Assembly: GCA_964540145.1 (NCBI GenBank)
Contig: CAZILS010000001.1
Span: 277,540 to 341,539 of the forward strand
Direction: 5' to 3'
DNA from: an uncultured archaeon
Lineage (GTDB): Archaea; Iainarchaeota; Iainarchaeia; Iainarchaeales; CAZILS01
DNA length: 64,000 bases
Numbering within the stretch: the stretch's first letter is position 1; every line of letters begins with the position of its first letter. The position numbers were made by a program, and so were the translations under genes. Shown here piece by piece: positions 1 to 10,031 of the stretch. The notes under the pieces are model-generated. The model had not been told where the DNA came from and ran no database searches. It was given only the letters and a program-made list of their open reading frames with translations.

Positions 1-1324
1 TTCCCGCGGCATCAAGCTCGTCTGTCTTGTCCCTAACCTTCTTCCCAAGGCCCGCCATCTCGGCTATCCCCCCCGCATTGTCCGCGACAGGGCCGTAGGC
101 GTCAACCGCAAGAGTAACCCCCAAAGTAGAGAGCATACCTACTGCGGCAATGGCTATCCCGAAAAGCCCCGCCAAAGAATATGAAACGTAAATCGCAACC
201 GCAATAACGAAGATAGGCAGGGCAGTTGACTTCATTCCCAAGGCAAGGCCGCTTATCACGTTGGTTGCCGTTCCCGTAAGCGAGGATTCCGCCAGTCTCT
301 GCGTAGGCTTGTACTGGTGTGCGGTGTAGTACTCGGTTAAGTAACCGATTAAAACGCCGGCAACAAGGCCTGTAACCATCGCATAGAAAACTTCAACCGG
401 AACGCCGATAACCATTGTCGTAACAACATATCCCAAAACAGCCATAACAACCGCCGCAAGTATCGTTCCGTTCCTCAAAAGCGCCTGCACATTCCCCCCC
501 TTGTAGAAGTTGACAAACGCAATTCCCGCGAAGGATGAAATAATTCCCGCGCCGGCAAGCCAGAGAGGGAGTGAAATTCCGCGCATGGCGAAAACAGTAA
601 TTCCTATGGCCATCGCCGCAATAATCGACCCAACGTAACTTTCGAACAGGTCAGCACCCATCCCCGCAACATCCCCGACATTATCTCCCACGTTATCCGC
701 GATAACCGCAGGGTTCCTCGGGTCGTCTTCCGGAATTCCGGCCTCAACCTTGCCGACCAAATCGGCGCCCACATCCGCAGCCTTCGTATAAATTCCCCCG
801 CCAACCCTCGCAAAGAGCGCAATCGAGCTTGCGCCGAAACTGAAGCCGAACAGCGCGGTTGTGGGATCCGCAATCCCAAAAATACTGCTGAAAACATTGT
901 AAAGCCCCACAACCCCCACAAGCCCCAAACCCACAACACTAAGGCCCATAACCGCCCCGCTTGAGAACGCAATCTGCAGCGCCCCCTCCAGCGAGCCTTT
1001 TGCGGCTTCGGCTGTCTTGACATTGGATTTGGTCGCTGTCCTCATGCCTATGAAGCCTGCTGCTGCAGAACAAAGCGCGCCTATAACAAACGCCATTGCC
1101 GTGAAAGGGCCTATCGCAAAGAAAAGCACTGCCGCGGCAACAGCCACAAATACACTCAGCCATTTATATTCTGCCGTGAGGAAGGCCATTGCCCCCTCCC
1201 TTATCGCCAGGGAAAGCTCAAGCATCCTTGAATCAGTTACTTTCTGCCTGTCTATCTTCATGTTGAGGAGTGTAGCGCCGAGCAAAGCGACAAGGCCTAA
1301 AACAAAAATCTCGATGAATGCCAT
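1..1324 (-). CDS. hppA: Membrane-bound ion-translocating pyrophosphatase, N-terminal ~441 aa (3' end runs off the window)
   Basis: Absent from the ORF track because it has no in-window stop. My minus-strand translation from ATG 1324 gives [20 protein letters not shown]...[15 protein letters not shown]. At the window edge it reads ...[37 protein letters not shown], which matches the V-PPase [16 protein letters not shown] motif. Confidence 0.85.
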   Translation of the reverse strand, partial: MAFIEIFVLGLVALLGATLLNMKIDRQKVTDSRMLELSLAIREGAMAFLTAEYKWLSVFVAVAAAVLFFAIGPFTAMAFVIGALCSAAAGFIGMRTATKSNVKTAEAAKGSLEGALQIAFSSGAVMGLSVVGLGLVGVVGLYNVFSSIFGIADPTTALFGFSFGASSIALFARVGGGIYTKAADVGADLVGKVEAGIPEDDPRNPAVIADNVGDNVGDVAGMGADLFESYVGSIIAAMAIGITVFAMRGISLPLWLAGAGIISSFAGIAFVNFYKGGNVQALLRNGTILAAVVMAVLGYVVTTMVIGVPVEVFYAMVTGLVAGVLIGYLTEYYTAHQYKPTQRLAESSLTGTATNVISGLALGMKSTALPIFVIAVAIYVSYSLAGLFGIAIAAVGMLSTLGVTLAVDAYGPVADNAGGIAEMAGLGKKVRDKTDELDAAG

Positions 1325-1453
1325 TCAATCACATGTTGTATTCATTTCACTAATTTAAATTAATATAAATTTAAAAAGCAAACCCTGTTTGCCCCGTCCT
1401 TGCCCATTTGGGGCATGCAAACCTATTTATTTCCCTATAACCAACAAGGTAAC

Positions 1454-2401
1454 ATGGTCGAGTTCATAGCCTTCTGGATATGCGCCCTTATAATAAGCCT
1501 CGGGGTTCTTGTCAAGAGCGCGGATTGGTTCATCGGCGCTGCCGAGAAGATAGGCCTGCATTTCGGGCTGCCAAGCTTCATTGTCGGGATAACAATTGCG
1601 AGCGTAGGAACTTCCCTCCCCGAACTCCTGACTGCAATTATCGCGGCTTTCACTTCCCCGGAAATCGTAACAGGAACCGCGATAGGCTCGAACATCTCGA
1701 ACATTCTGCTGGTAGTCGGGATTGGCGCCATCGCCGCAAGGCACCTTCGCCTGACATGGGAGCTTATCCATGTCGATTTGCCCATGTTGGTGGGCTCTGC
1801 GTTCCTCCTTTACTTCGCCGCAATGGACGGCACGATAAGCGTCTTTGAGGCGCTGATTTTCCTTGCGATTTACCTTGTTTACATTGAATACACGCTTTCC
1901 CTGCAGAAAAAGAATGTTGAGAGCCAGGATAAAGAGGGGAAGGTGAGGCCGCCCCTTGAAAAGAAGACAATACTTGCCCTGCTCGCAAGCATGGTTCTTC
2001 TTTACATAGGCGCAAATTACACTGTGGAGTCTGTTATAAATCTTTCAGGGCTTCTTGGAATAGGCATGGAAATAATTGCCCTTAGTGCGGTTGCAATCGG
2101 AACTTCGCTCCCTGAGCTAACTGTCAGCATAATGGCGGCAAAGAAGGCGAACTTCGAGCTCGCAGTCGGGAATGTCTTCGGCTCGAACATCTTCAACACA
2201 TTTGTGGTGATAGGAATTCCGGCGCTCCTCGTGCCGCTTGCAGTGCCTGCCTCAATAATCGCACTTGCGCTCCCGTTCATGGTTGTCATAACACTGCTCG
2301 CCTTTTTCATAACCCAGGATAAGGACGTAACAAGATGGGAAGGCGCGCTCCTTGTCCTTCTCTATGTGTTTTTCCTGGGCACGCTTCTTGGGCTAACTTA
2401 A
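1454..2401 (+). CDS. Ca2+/cation antiporter, CaCA (YrbG/NCX-like) family
   Basis: ORF 1400..2401. It has two alpha-repeat motifs (VGTSLPELLTAI and IGTSLPELTVSI) and is multi-TM. I placed the start at ATG 1454 (MVEFIAF...). Confidence 0.8.
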   Translation: MVEFIAFWICALIISLGVLVKSADWFIGAAEKIGLHFGLPSFIVGITIASVGTSLPELLTAIIAAFTSPEIVTGTAIGSNISNILLVVGIGAIAARHLRLTWELIHVDLPMLVGSAFLLYFAAMDGTISVFEALIFLAIYLVYIEYTLSLQKKNVESQDKEGKVRPPLEKKTILALLASMVLLYIGANYTVESVINLSGLLGIGMEIIALSAVAIGTSLPELTVSIMAAKKANFELAVGNVFGSNIFNTFVVIGIPALLVPLAVPASIIALALPFMVVITLLAFFITQDKDVTRWEGALLVLLYVFFLGTLLGLT

Positions 2402-2447
2402 AAAAAAGAAAAATAGGTTACAGGACTTTTCATCTTTGCAGAAGAAA

Positions 2448-2894
2448 TTATCCCGTAACATGTGTTTCGCTCATTATGTTTCCTGAGCCGTCCTTCATTA
2501 TCATCCAGGCATCGACAACTTCCTCGTTCTCCTGTTTGAAGTAGTAGTCCATTGTGTATGTCTCGCCTGCTCCGCTGCTTTCTATTACGGCGTGGCAGTA
2601 CTCTTCGCCCTTGTAGGTCTCGAAACCTGTGATAACAAAGCTGCCCTGTGCCTCAGCGCCGTCTGTCGCTACCGACATGCCTTCCTTACACCACTCGACA
2701 GTTCCTGTCCCTTCAGTGTAGGTTGTTGTTGCGGTCTGTGTTTCCCCGCCCTCGCCTGCGTAAGTGGTTGTGACTGAGGTTTGCTGGCCTGTGGCACCTT
2801 CTGCCGATGTTCCGCCCTGCGGCGATGTTGCGCATCCGCTAAGAACAACAGCTATCAACAGCACAGAAAACAATATTGCTATTTTTGTTTTCAT
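2448..2894 (-). CDS. Hypothetical secreted lipoprotein
   Basis: Signal peptide plus lipobox-like LSGC (MKTKIAILFSVLLIAVVLSGC). The mature N-terminus is Thr/Gly-rich. No family recognised. Confidence 0.6.
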   Translation of the reverse strand: MKTKIAILFSVLLIAVVLSGCATSPQGGTSAEGATGQQTSVTTTYAGEGGETQTATTTYTEGTGTVEWCKEGMSVATDGAEAQGSFVITGFETYKGEEYCHAVIESSGAGETYTMDYYFKQENEEVVDAWMIMKDGSGNIMSETHVTG

Positions 2895-2924
2895 AGTATC
2901 TGGGCATATCTGCCCCGGAAAATA

Positions 2925-3224
2925 TTAAATAGGTTCCTGTCCGGCGCCTTCTTCTTCGTAGCCCTCTTCCATGGGCGCCTCTTCCTCGCTTTCGGCAGGA
3001 ACTTCCTCTTCCATAACAGCCCCGGCTATCTGCTCCCTCTGAAGCCTCTTGTCCGAGAGGAGGAAAAACACAATCAATGCAAGGAGCAAAACCAGGAAGT
3101 AAATAACCATGTTTTCTATCGGGCCCGCAAAGGCATACCTGCACATCGCCCAGCTTATGCCCATGAAGACAACCGCCGCGAGCAGCGAGAAAAGCAGTAT
3201 GAAATGTATCCTTTTCAGCCCCAT
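2925..3224 (-). CDS. Hypothetical small membrane protein with acidic C-terminal tail
   Basis: Two predicted TM segments followed by EEEVPAESEEEAPMEEGYEEEG. No family recognised. Confidence 0.45.
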   Translation of the reverse strand: MGLKRIHFILLFSLLAAVVFMGISWAMCRYAFAGPIENMVIYFLVLLLALIVFFLLSDKRLQREQIAGAVMEEEVPAESEEEAPMEEGYEEEGAGQEPI

Positions 3225-3260
3225 GCCCTATTATTCTCTTTACTTATTTATTAAATTATC

Positions 3261-3968
3261 TTAGAGTTCGATAACCTGCTCTGTCCCGAAAATTTCACTT
3301 CCCTTCACGCCTTGCCCCTCATACAATTCAGGCGGCATCCCGATTCTGCCCAGATACAGTTTCCCGGCAAATTCCTTTGCCCCTTTTTCCATAAGCCCCT
3401 TCTTAGGCAATCCAAAAGTTATCGTTGCGCTTGCCCTTATGCAGGGGTTTCCCACCTTCCCGGTATCTGCATCCAAACCGGAAGGCAAATCAACGGCAAG
3501 CACTTTCTTCCCGCCTGCGTTTATCTCCGCAATCAATTCGGCATATTTTCCCCGCGGGTTCCCCTCCAAGCTGAAGCCGAGCAGGCCGTCGATAACCAAA
3601 CCGAATCCTGAAAAATCAAACGTCCTTTTGCCAAGGTACGCCGTGTTTTTAACCCCCAACCCCTTAAGCGCCCCCAGCTGCCTCCCCGCTTCCCCCCCAA
3701 ACCCACTCTCCGGAAAAGGATGCAGAACCTCAATCCCAAAACCCCTTTTTTTGAGATGCCTTGCTGCGCAGAGGGCATCTCCGCCGTTGTTTCCCTTTCC
3801 CGCACAGCACAAAACCCTGCCTTTGTTATGTAGCAGTTTAGCGGCAACCTCCGCCGTTCTCTTTCCCGCGTGCTCCATCAGTTCCCTTACAGGAACGCCG
3901 GACTCAACAGCTCTTTGGTCCATCTCCATCATCTGCGCCCTCGTGAGCGCGGGAATTTCCTTTGCCAT
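3261..3968 (-). CDS. nnrE: NAD(P)H-hydrate epimerase (YjeF N-terminal domain family)
   Basis: ORF 3261..4118. The motif CCAGKGNNGGDALCAARHL is typical of the YjeF_N domain. I moved the start to ATG 3968 (MAKEIPALT...) because the upstream 50 codons are low-complexity. Confidence 0.75.
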   Translation of the reverse strand: MAKEIPALTRAQMMEMDQRAVESGVPVRELMEHAGKRTAEVAAKLLHNKGRVLCCAGKGNNGGDALCAARHLKKRGFGIEVLHPFPESGFGGEAGRQLGALKGLGVKNTAYLGKRTFDFSGFGLVIDGLLGFSLEGNPRGKYAELIAEINAGGKKVLAVDLPSGLDADTGKVGNPCIRASATITFGLPKKGLMEKGAKEFAGKLYLGRIGMPPELYEGQGVKGSEIFGTEQVIEL

Positions 3969-4012
3969 AAAACCGCATAAATTATATAGTTCCGGGTAGA
4001 TAAACATTCTGT

Positions 4013-4363
4013 ATGGCGACGCTTGAAGAGCTGAAAGGGAAGCTTGCAAACGCCAGGCAGATGAGGGCAAACTGGCACAAAGCGATAGCTGGCAAGACGA
4101 TGGCCGAGATTGACCCAACAGCCAAGGAGAACTTTGTTTTTTGGATGGTGGAGGTTGATAAGCTGAAGCGCAGAATAATGGAAATAGACCCGCAGCATTT
4201 CCAAAAAGAGGCTAAGGAATCGCAGCGCCTTGCGCAGGAATCCGCCAGGAACGCGAAGGATGCCGCCGCCAAGAGCCACAAAACCCTGGCAGGAGCGGAG
4301 GGCGTGCCCGACCCCATAAAGGAGCTCCGTGACAGGCTGAAGAGAACCAACAGGCCCAAATGA
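4013..4363 (+). CDS. Hypothetical coiled-coil protein
   Basis: 116-aa ORF with charged helical composition. It sits in the gap between flanking genes. No family recognised. Confidence 0.45.
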   Translation: MATLEELKGKLANARQMRANWHKAIAGKTMAEIDPTAKENFVFWMVEVDKLKRRIMEIDPQHFQKEAKESQRLAQESARNAKDAAAKSHKTLAGAEGVPDPIKELRDRLKRTNRPK

Positions 4364-4523
4364 GCAAGCCACAACCTTTTTATTCTCTCGCGGCGCATAT
4401 ACATATATGGCTTCAAGAAGGGATCGACAAATCCTACCCTGATTTTCTTTCAGGATCCCTTACATATCTATCTAAATGCCTTGCCCACTATGCATTTATT
4501 CTTTTCCGGGGTGAGACTTAACC

Positions 4524-6047
4524 ATGCCTGAAGGTAAATACATCGAGATAATGGACACAACTTTGCGGGACGGGGAGCAAACCCAAGGGGTTAGTTTCTC
4601 CCCAAACGAAAAGTTTTCCATCGCAAAGAAGCTTCTGGGCTGCGGAGTTGACAGGATAGAAATAGCGAACGCTGCTGTCTCGAAGGGCGAGGAGAAGGCT
4701 GTTAAGAAGATAACCGCCTGGGCGAGGAAAGGCAAGCTGCTCGGCAAGGTTGAAATACTTGGCCTTGTCGATGGAAAAAGGTCTGTTGACTGGATAAGCT
4801 CATGCGGCGGGAAAGTTGTTAACATACTTGCGAAAGGCTCCCTTAGGCATTTGAAAATCCAGCTGAGGAAAACACCTGAACAGCACATAAAAGACATCTC
4901 CGAAACTGTCAAGTATGCGAGGAAAAAAGGCTTCACAGTTAACGTTTACCTCGAGGACTGGAGCAACGGCATGCTTGATTCCAAGGGATATGTCGTTGAG
5001 CTGGTTAATGCCCTGGGCGGGATGGGTGTTGCAAGGGTACTGCTCCCCGACACCTTGGGAATACTTTCCCCGGAAGAGACAGGGGCGTTTGTCCATTGCC
5101 TCGTTGATTTGCATCCCGGCCTGCATTTTGATTACCATGCACACAATGATTATGGCCTTGCATCTGCAAACACCCTTGCCGCAGTTAAGGCAGGCGCCAA
5201 GGGCGTTCATGTAACCGTAAACGGCCTGGGGGAAAGGGCGGGGAACGCCCCTCTTGATGAAGTTACCGCTTTGATAAATGACAAGACCGCTTTCAAAACA
5301 GGCGTGAACGAGAAAAACCTCGTCGGCTTAAGCAGGCTGGTCGAGGCCTTTTCGGGAAGGAGAATTCCCCAGAACAAACCGATAAGCGGGGAAAGTTTCT
5401 TCACTCACACCGGCGGCATACATGCGGATGGGGAGAGGAAGGGGGGAATCTACACCTCCCCCTTAAGCCCGAAGCGTTTCCGGCAGAAGAGGGAATATGC
5501 CCTCGGCAAGCTGAGCGGCAAGGCCAGCCTTGAGAACAACCTCGAACAGATGGGGATAGAACTCAACCGGGAGCAGAAGAAATCATTGCTCGCAAAGGTG
5601 GTGGCGCTCGGCGACCAGAAGAAAACAGTCACTAAGGAAGATTTGCCTTTCTTAATTTCCGATGTACTTCAAGCCCCTGATGAAAAAAAAGTCCTGATAA
5701 AGAAGGTTGTCGTGAATTCCGGAAAAGGGATAACCCCAAGCGCGGAGCTAACTCTTTCTTTCAAGGGAAAGGAGGCCGGTGCAAGCAGCGAAGGAAACGG
5801 GGGGTACGACGCTTTCATGAACGCCCTGAGGAAGGCGGTGAAGCCTTTCGGGATAAGGCTGCCGAAGCTCGTGGATTACAACGTAAGGATACCCCCCGGG
5901 GGCAAGACAGACGCTTTGGTTGAAACAACCATAACCTGGCAGGAAAACGGAAACAGGTTCAAGACAATCGGGGTGGATTCTGACCAGGTTATGGCGGCTG
6001 TTTCCGCAACCGAAAAGATGCTGAACATAGCCGCAATGCGCGGCTAG
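4524..6047 (+). CDS. 2-isopropylmalate synthase / (R)-citramalate synthase family protein
   Basis: N-terminal DTTLRDGEQ motif, HxH metal site (YHAHNDYGLA), and a C-terminal LeuA-dimer-like regulatory domain. LeuA versus CimA cannot be resolved by eye. Confidence 0.9.
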   Translation: MPEGKYIEIMDTTLRDGEQTQGVSFSPNEKFSIAKKLLGCGVDRIEIANAAVSKGEEKAVKKITAWARKGKLLGKVEILGLVDGKRSVDWISSCGGKVVNILAKGSLRHLKIQLRKTPEQHIKDISETVKYARKKGFTVNVYLEDWSNGMLDSKGYVVELVNALGGMGVARVLLPDTLGILSPEETGAFVHCLVDLHPGLHFDYHAHNDYGLASANTLAAVKAGAKGVHVTVNGLGERAGNAPLDEVTALINDKTAFKTGVNEKNLVGLSRLVEAFSGRRIPQNKPISGESFFTHTGGIHADGERKGGIYTSPLSPKRFRQKREYALGKLSGKASLENNLEQMGIELNREQKKSLLAKVVALGDQKKTVTKEDLPFLISDVLQAPDEKKVLIKKVVVNSGKGITPSAELTLSFKGKEAGASSEGNGGYDAFMNALRKAVKPFGIRLPKLVDYNVRIPPGGKTDALVETTITWQENGNRFKTIGVDSDQVMAAVSATEKMLNIAAMRG

Positions 6048-6052
6048 CCCCC

Positions 6053-6487
6053 TCAAAAATCGGGCTTAAGGAGGCAGGTGTACTGTTCCCGTATTTTCCT
6101 GACGTCGCCTGCGGAAAGTTTTTCTTTTCTCAGCATACGGATTATCCTCGCCGCCGCGTCCTTCTGCCCCCTTGTCACTTCCCTCGGCTCCCTTATGTGG
6201 CGCTTGAGCGCATCTATGCACAGTTCCTTCTGTGCGCCCAAATTCTTTTCCACCTCCGCAGGCAGTTTCCCGCCCGCTTCCTTCTCCCCGAGCGCAAATT
6301 CCATGAACTCGAGACCGTGCTCTACAACCTCTATGCGGCAATGGAGTCCCCGCCTCAGCGCACCCTGCGGCATCTTTTGCTTTTCCCCACGGATGTGCCT
6401 GTCACACCTGTTTTTTTCCAGGGCATCCGCTATTTTCCTTTCGCGTTCCCGCCCGGACCTTCCCAGCAGGTTTGCCTTCTTTCCCAA
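6053..6487 (-). CDS. Hypothetical protein
   Basis: 144-aa basic, helical ORF that fills the gap between neighbouring genes. No family recognised. Confidence 0.4.
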   Translation of the reverse strand: MGKKANLLGRSGRERERKIADALEKNRCDRHIRGEKQKMPQGALRRGLHCRIEVVEHGLEFMEFALGEKEAGGKLPAEVEKNLGAQKELCIDALKRHIREPREVTRGQKDAAARIIRMLRKEKLSAGDVRKIREQYTCLLKPDF

Positions 6488-6488
6488 G

Positions 6489-7238
6489 CTATCCCCCGAA
6501 AATAATTTTTGTGAGCCACATTATCCCTATTCCTGTGAGGAACACAATAAAGTTCAGCGCAAGTTTCCTTGTTTCCGTTATTTTCCTAAGTTCGGGGAGC
6601 AGGTCAGAGCTCGCAATATAGATGAAGCCCCCTGCCGCAACCGCAAGCAGGATTACCTGCAGGCCGCCGAACTGCGCGGCGGCAAAGTATCCCGCAACCC
6701 CCCCAAGAACTGCGGTCAGCGCGGTTGCCAGGTTCAGCGCAAGCGCCTTTCCTTTTGAGAAACCGCCGTAAACCAGGACTCCAAAATCCCCTATCTCCTG
6801 CGGTATCTCGTGGAATGCTATCGCAATCGTTGTGGCTATCCCCAGCGGCACGCTCACAAGGAAGCTTGCGGCTATGACAAGGCCGTCGATGAAATTATGG
6901 ATTCCGTCCCCCACAATGTTCATATATGTGAAAGTGTGGATATCGCACTTGCCCTTGTGGCAATGGCGCCAGTGCAGGATTTTCTCAATAAGGAAGAACG
7001 CAACAAAGCCCGCCAGCGCCCACAGGAAAACGTCAATTCCCGCAGCCCCGGCTATCTCGACTGCTTCAGGCAAAAGATGGAGGAAAGCGCCCCCCATCAG
7101 CGCCCCGGCGGAAAGCGCAACCAGGAGCAGCACAAGCCTGTTAAGAAGCCCCTCCTTCATTGAAAGGAAGAATATCCCTATGAGTGAAATAAGGCTGACC
7201 GCCAGCGTCGCCCCGACTATCCATAATATGGTTTCCAT
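6489..7238 (-). CDS. zupT: ZIP family divalent metal (zinc) transporter
   Basis: Multi-TM protein. It carries the HEIPQEIGDFGVL signature of ZIP/ZupT transporters and a His-rich loop (HWRHCHKGKCDIH). Confidence 0.85.
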   Translation of the reverse strand: METILWIVGATLAVSLISLIGIFFLSMKEGLLNRLVLLLVALSAGALMGGAFLHLLPEAVEIAGAAGIDVFLWALAGFVAFFLIEKILHWRHCHKGKCDIHTFTYMNIVGDGIHNFIDGLVIAASFLVSVPLGIATTIAIAFHEIPQEIGDFGVLVYGGFSKGKALALNLATALTAVLGGVAGYFAAAQFGGLQVILLAVAAGGFIYIASSDLLPELRKITETRKLALNFIVFLTGIGIMWLTKIIFGG

Positions 7239-7246
7239 AACACCAC

Positions 7247-7792
7247 CTATTTTTTTGTGTTTGTGCCATTTTTGCCTTTCTTCAGCTCAAATATCTTCGA
7301 CTGCAGCTTTTCAGGGGCAGGAACCGCAAGGAACGACCCTTCCGCCCCGTACCTAACCCAGGAACTCTGCCCCGCCTCTGTCTGTATGTGCACGCTCCCG
7401 AACCCGAAAAGCCTCTCAAGGGCTGTCCTTGACACAATGACATCGGCAACCGCCTCAAGCGGCATTGAATTAATCTCATACCCGAAAAAACCATGCTTGT
7501 AAATTGCCCTCCTGTTTGTGAGCCAGTACCTTTGCTGCCTGCACTTATTGTCGGTCAGCACCCACAGCACAACAAGGTAGAGAAGCCCCGCCATCGCATA
7601 AACCGAAACAACATCCTCGATGCCCACACCTGCCACAAGCTCTATTTCCGAGATAAACCACGCAACCGCAACCGCAAAGGGCAGGGTAATAGCCACCCAC
7701 CGTGTGAAGAGGTAGTATCTCAATGCCTTCAGCGGCTTTATTTCCTCAATCACCTTCTCGCCCTGCAGGAGGTCGAAATATTTCTCAGCCAT
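7247..7792 (-). CDS. Membrane protein with bacterial PH (bPH_2 / YdbS-like) domain
   Basis: Two N-terminal TM helices followed by YWLTNRRAIYKHGFFGYEINSMPLEAVADV...FGFGSVHIQT, which is typical of the bPH_2 family. Confidence 0.65.
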   Translation of the reverse strand: MAEKYFDLLQGEKVIEEIKPLKALRYYLFTRWVAITLPFAVAVAWFISEIELVAGVGIEDVVSVYAMAGLLYLVVLWVLTDNKCRQQRYWLTNRRAIYKHGFFGYEINSMPLEAVADVIVSRTALERLFGFGSVHIQTEAGQSSWVRYGAEGSFLAVPAPEKLQSKIFELKKGKNGTNTKK

Positions 7793-8065
7793 AGTTAAGT
7801 ATTCCTCTCCTGCTTTATATTATTATTCTTCCGGTTTTCGGAGTTCCGGTTCGCACATTTCTCTCCGGATTCCCCCGATTGTTTACCGCGTCAGACGAAA
7901 CTTGCACAAGCCTTAGCCCTGCTTTCCTCGCCCCAAAGTGCCGGTTTTTGCCGAGGCCTGCCCCTGCTTCCTTCGCCCTTCTTCCCGCCAATTTCATTAT
8001 GCCTTTCACACCACAAAAATACAATTTGTCAATAGGTTAATATACCTGTTAGCAGTATTTTTTTC

Positions 8066-8518
8066 ATGGCGAAGAAAGGATACGGGAACCACCGCACTTT
8101 TGGTCAGTACGCTGCCGACCAGCTTGCAGAATGGGCGGGCTCATGGACATTCATAGCCGGGTTTGCGCTTTTCCTCGTTGTGTGGGTGGCACTTAATTCA
8201 TACTGGATACTTTTTCACACATGGGACCCCTATCCGTTTATACTTCTCAACCTCTGCCTCTCATGCCTTGCCGCAATACAGGCCCCTATCATCCTTATGA
8301 GCCAGAACAGGGCAGCCGAGAGGGACAGGGCCGTGGCGCAGCGCGACCACTACGTAAACAGGAAAGCCGAGAAGGAGATAAAGACACTGCAGAAGCACAT
8401 TTTTGAGATAAAGGAAATACTTTCCAAGCAGCCGCAGACAACCCACATAAAGGCGCTCGAAGAAGAGATAAGGCACATCGAAAATGAGATGTCGGAAACC
8501 CTGCATTACCACATTTAG
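8066..8518 (+). CDS. DUF1003 family membrane protein
   Basis: WDPYPFILLNLCLSCLAAIQAPIILMSQNR motif, followed by a C-terminal coiled coil. Confidence 0.7.
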   Translation: MAKKGYGNHRTFGQYAADQLAEWAGSWTFIAGFALFLVVWVALNSYWILFHTWDPYPFILLNLCLSCLAAIQAPIILMSQNRAAERDRAVAQRDHYVNRKAEKEIKTLQKHIFEIKEILSKQPQTTHIKALEEEIRHIENEMSETLHYHI

Positions 8519-9439
8519 CTACTTTCCCTTCTGTTCTTTCAGCCACTTTTTCCGGAGCGGAGCTGCTTTTTTATATTTCGCCTCAAATGCCTTTGCGGCA
8601 GCAGCGTCGCTCGCATAAAGCACCTTGAAGAAGCACCTTCTCCCGAAGGGGCCCATCGCCAGCACCGCATCGTATGTGGGGAACGGAGCATATTTTCCCG
8701 CAAGTATCTGCGAGGCAAGCCCGTCCAAAGCCACGCTGCCTGCCGTAAGTATCATCCTGCCTCTCCCGCCCAATTCCCTGGCTATTTTTTTCCTTATAAT
8801 TTCGCCTGTTTTTTCGTCGACATGGGCCATAAGGGTGTCCCTGTCTTCGGCAGGGAGCCTTGCCGCGAGAAGCCCGGCCATTGCGGGCGTTATTTTCCTG
8901 CTGTTAAGCCGGTTTATTAAATCTCCAACATTCACATCCGCTTCCTTCTGCCATCTCATAATCAAGTCTGCGCTTGCCTCTCCGCGCGGCGCACTCTTCA
9001 GGGCCTTTGCAGCACTCCATGCGAGCCATGGCGCTTTCATTATGATTTCCTTGAGGTTTTTCATGTTTTTCCTGTGCTTTGTTTTCCCGTAGTAAAATGA
9101 AACCCCGTTTGCCACGACCGCTGCGGTGAACAGCGTTGCCAGCATCGTGCCTGTTTCGGCAGCAGCCTTGCCCCATGGTTCCCCCCTCAAAACCTTTTCC
9201 TTCCAGGCCTCGGCAGCCCCGCCAAGGACAACGCCCTTAAGCCAGGTTTTCATATCCACATTCGCCTTGTTTGTGATGTCAAGGCCTTCCTTTGCCCTCC
9301 TGGAAAGCACCTTGTGCGATTCCTCAAGGTCCATCTTCTTCAGCGCCTCAACCTTATTCCGGTGGTAGCGCAAATCACTGATTAGTTTCGGGTATGTGTA
9401 GATTTTCCTGTGGGGTTGCCGCGGTTTTTTCGGCGCCAT
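8519..9439 (-). CDS. Hypothetical protein
   Basis: 306-aa ORF with coding-like composition and no competing ORF. No family recognised. Confidence 0.5.
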   Translation of the reverse strand: MAPKKPRQPHRKIYTYPKLISDLRYHRNKVEALKKMDLEESHKVLSRRAKEGLDITNKANVDMKTWLKGVVLGGAAEAWKEKVLRGEPWGKAAAETGTMLATLFTAAVVANGVSFYYGKTKHRKNMKNLKEIIMKAPWLAWSAAKALKSAPRGEASADLIMRWQKEADVNVGDLINRLNSRKITPAMAGLLAARLPAEDRDTLMAHVDEKTGEIIRKKIARELGGRGRMILTAGSVALDGLASQILAGKYAPFPTYDAVLAMGPFGRRCFFKVLYASDAAAAKAFEAKYKKAAPLRKKWLKEQKGK

Positions 9440-9790
9440 GTTAAAATCTACGCCTTCCCCAAATAAATAGCTGACTGTTTCCCGCGCATCAGGCTATGTT
9501 TACCTGCACTTTCTTGGAGATGTCTATTCCCCCGGGAATGTCCAAAACAGCCTTCACATACCACTTCGGTATTGCGGGGGGGGGGGCAAGCGCCGCAACC
9601 ATCCCGACAACCGCGCCCAATGCCTCCTCCGGCTGCGGCCTCCTTCCCAACAGCAAGAGGCAATTAGAAATATTAAATCCTTATTGTTGTTGAGGCCCTG
9701 TTTCCCGTCGAGTCCCTTCTCATCTCCGCCTTCCCGCCTTTAAGGAAATCAAACATCTTATCGCCGCTCCTTTATTGCCCAAAACCCTAT

Positions 9791-10030
9791 CTATCGGTTG
9801 CCGAACGCGCTGTCCAAGGCCTCCCTGTCAAATCCTTTGACAACCTTGCCGTTCATCTTGAGGACAGGCACAGCTATTTCCCCTGTGAGCCCAATCAACT
9901 CTGCCAAGGCATCCGCATCCTTGTCAACAAGCCTCTCCTCATACTCCGCCTTGTTCTCTTCGAGATAGTCCTTGAGCATTACGCACTTAGGGCATGTCTT
10001 CGCCGAATACACAACCGCTTTTTCCACCAT
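9791..10030 (-). CDS. Glutaredoxin-like / NrdH-like thioredoxin-fold protein
   Basis: ORF 9791..10051. CPKC active-site motif (YSAKTCPKCVMLKDYL) and cis-Pro region (VPVLKMNG). I chose ATG 10030, which lies 1 nt after the stop of the upstream dehydrogenase. Confidence 0.75.
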   Translation of the reverse strand: MVEKAVVYSAKTCPKCVMLKDYLEENKAEYEERLVDKDADALAELIGLTGEIAVPVLKMNGKVVKGFDREALDSAFGNR

Positions 10031-10031
10031 A

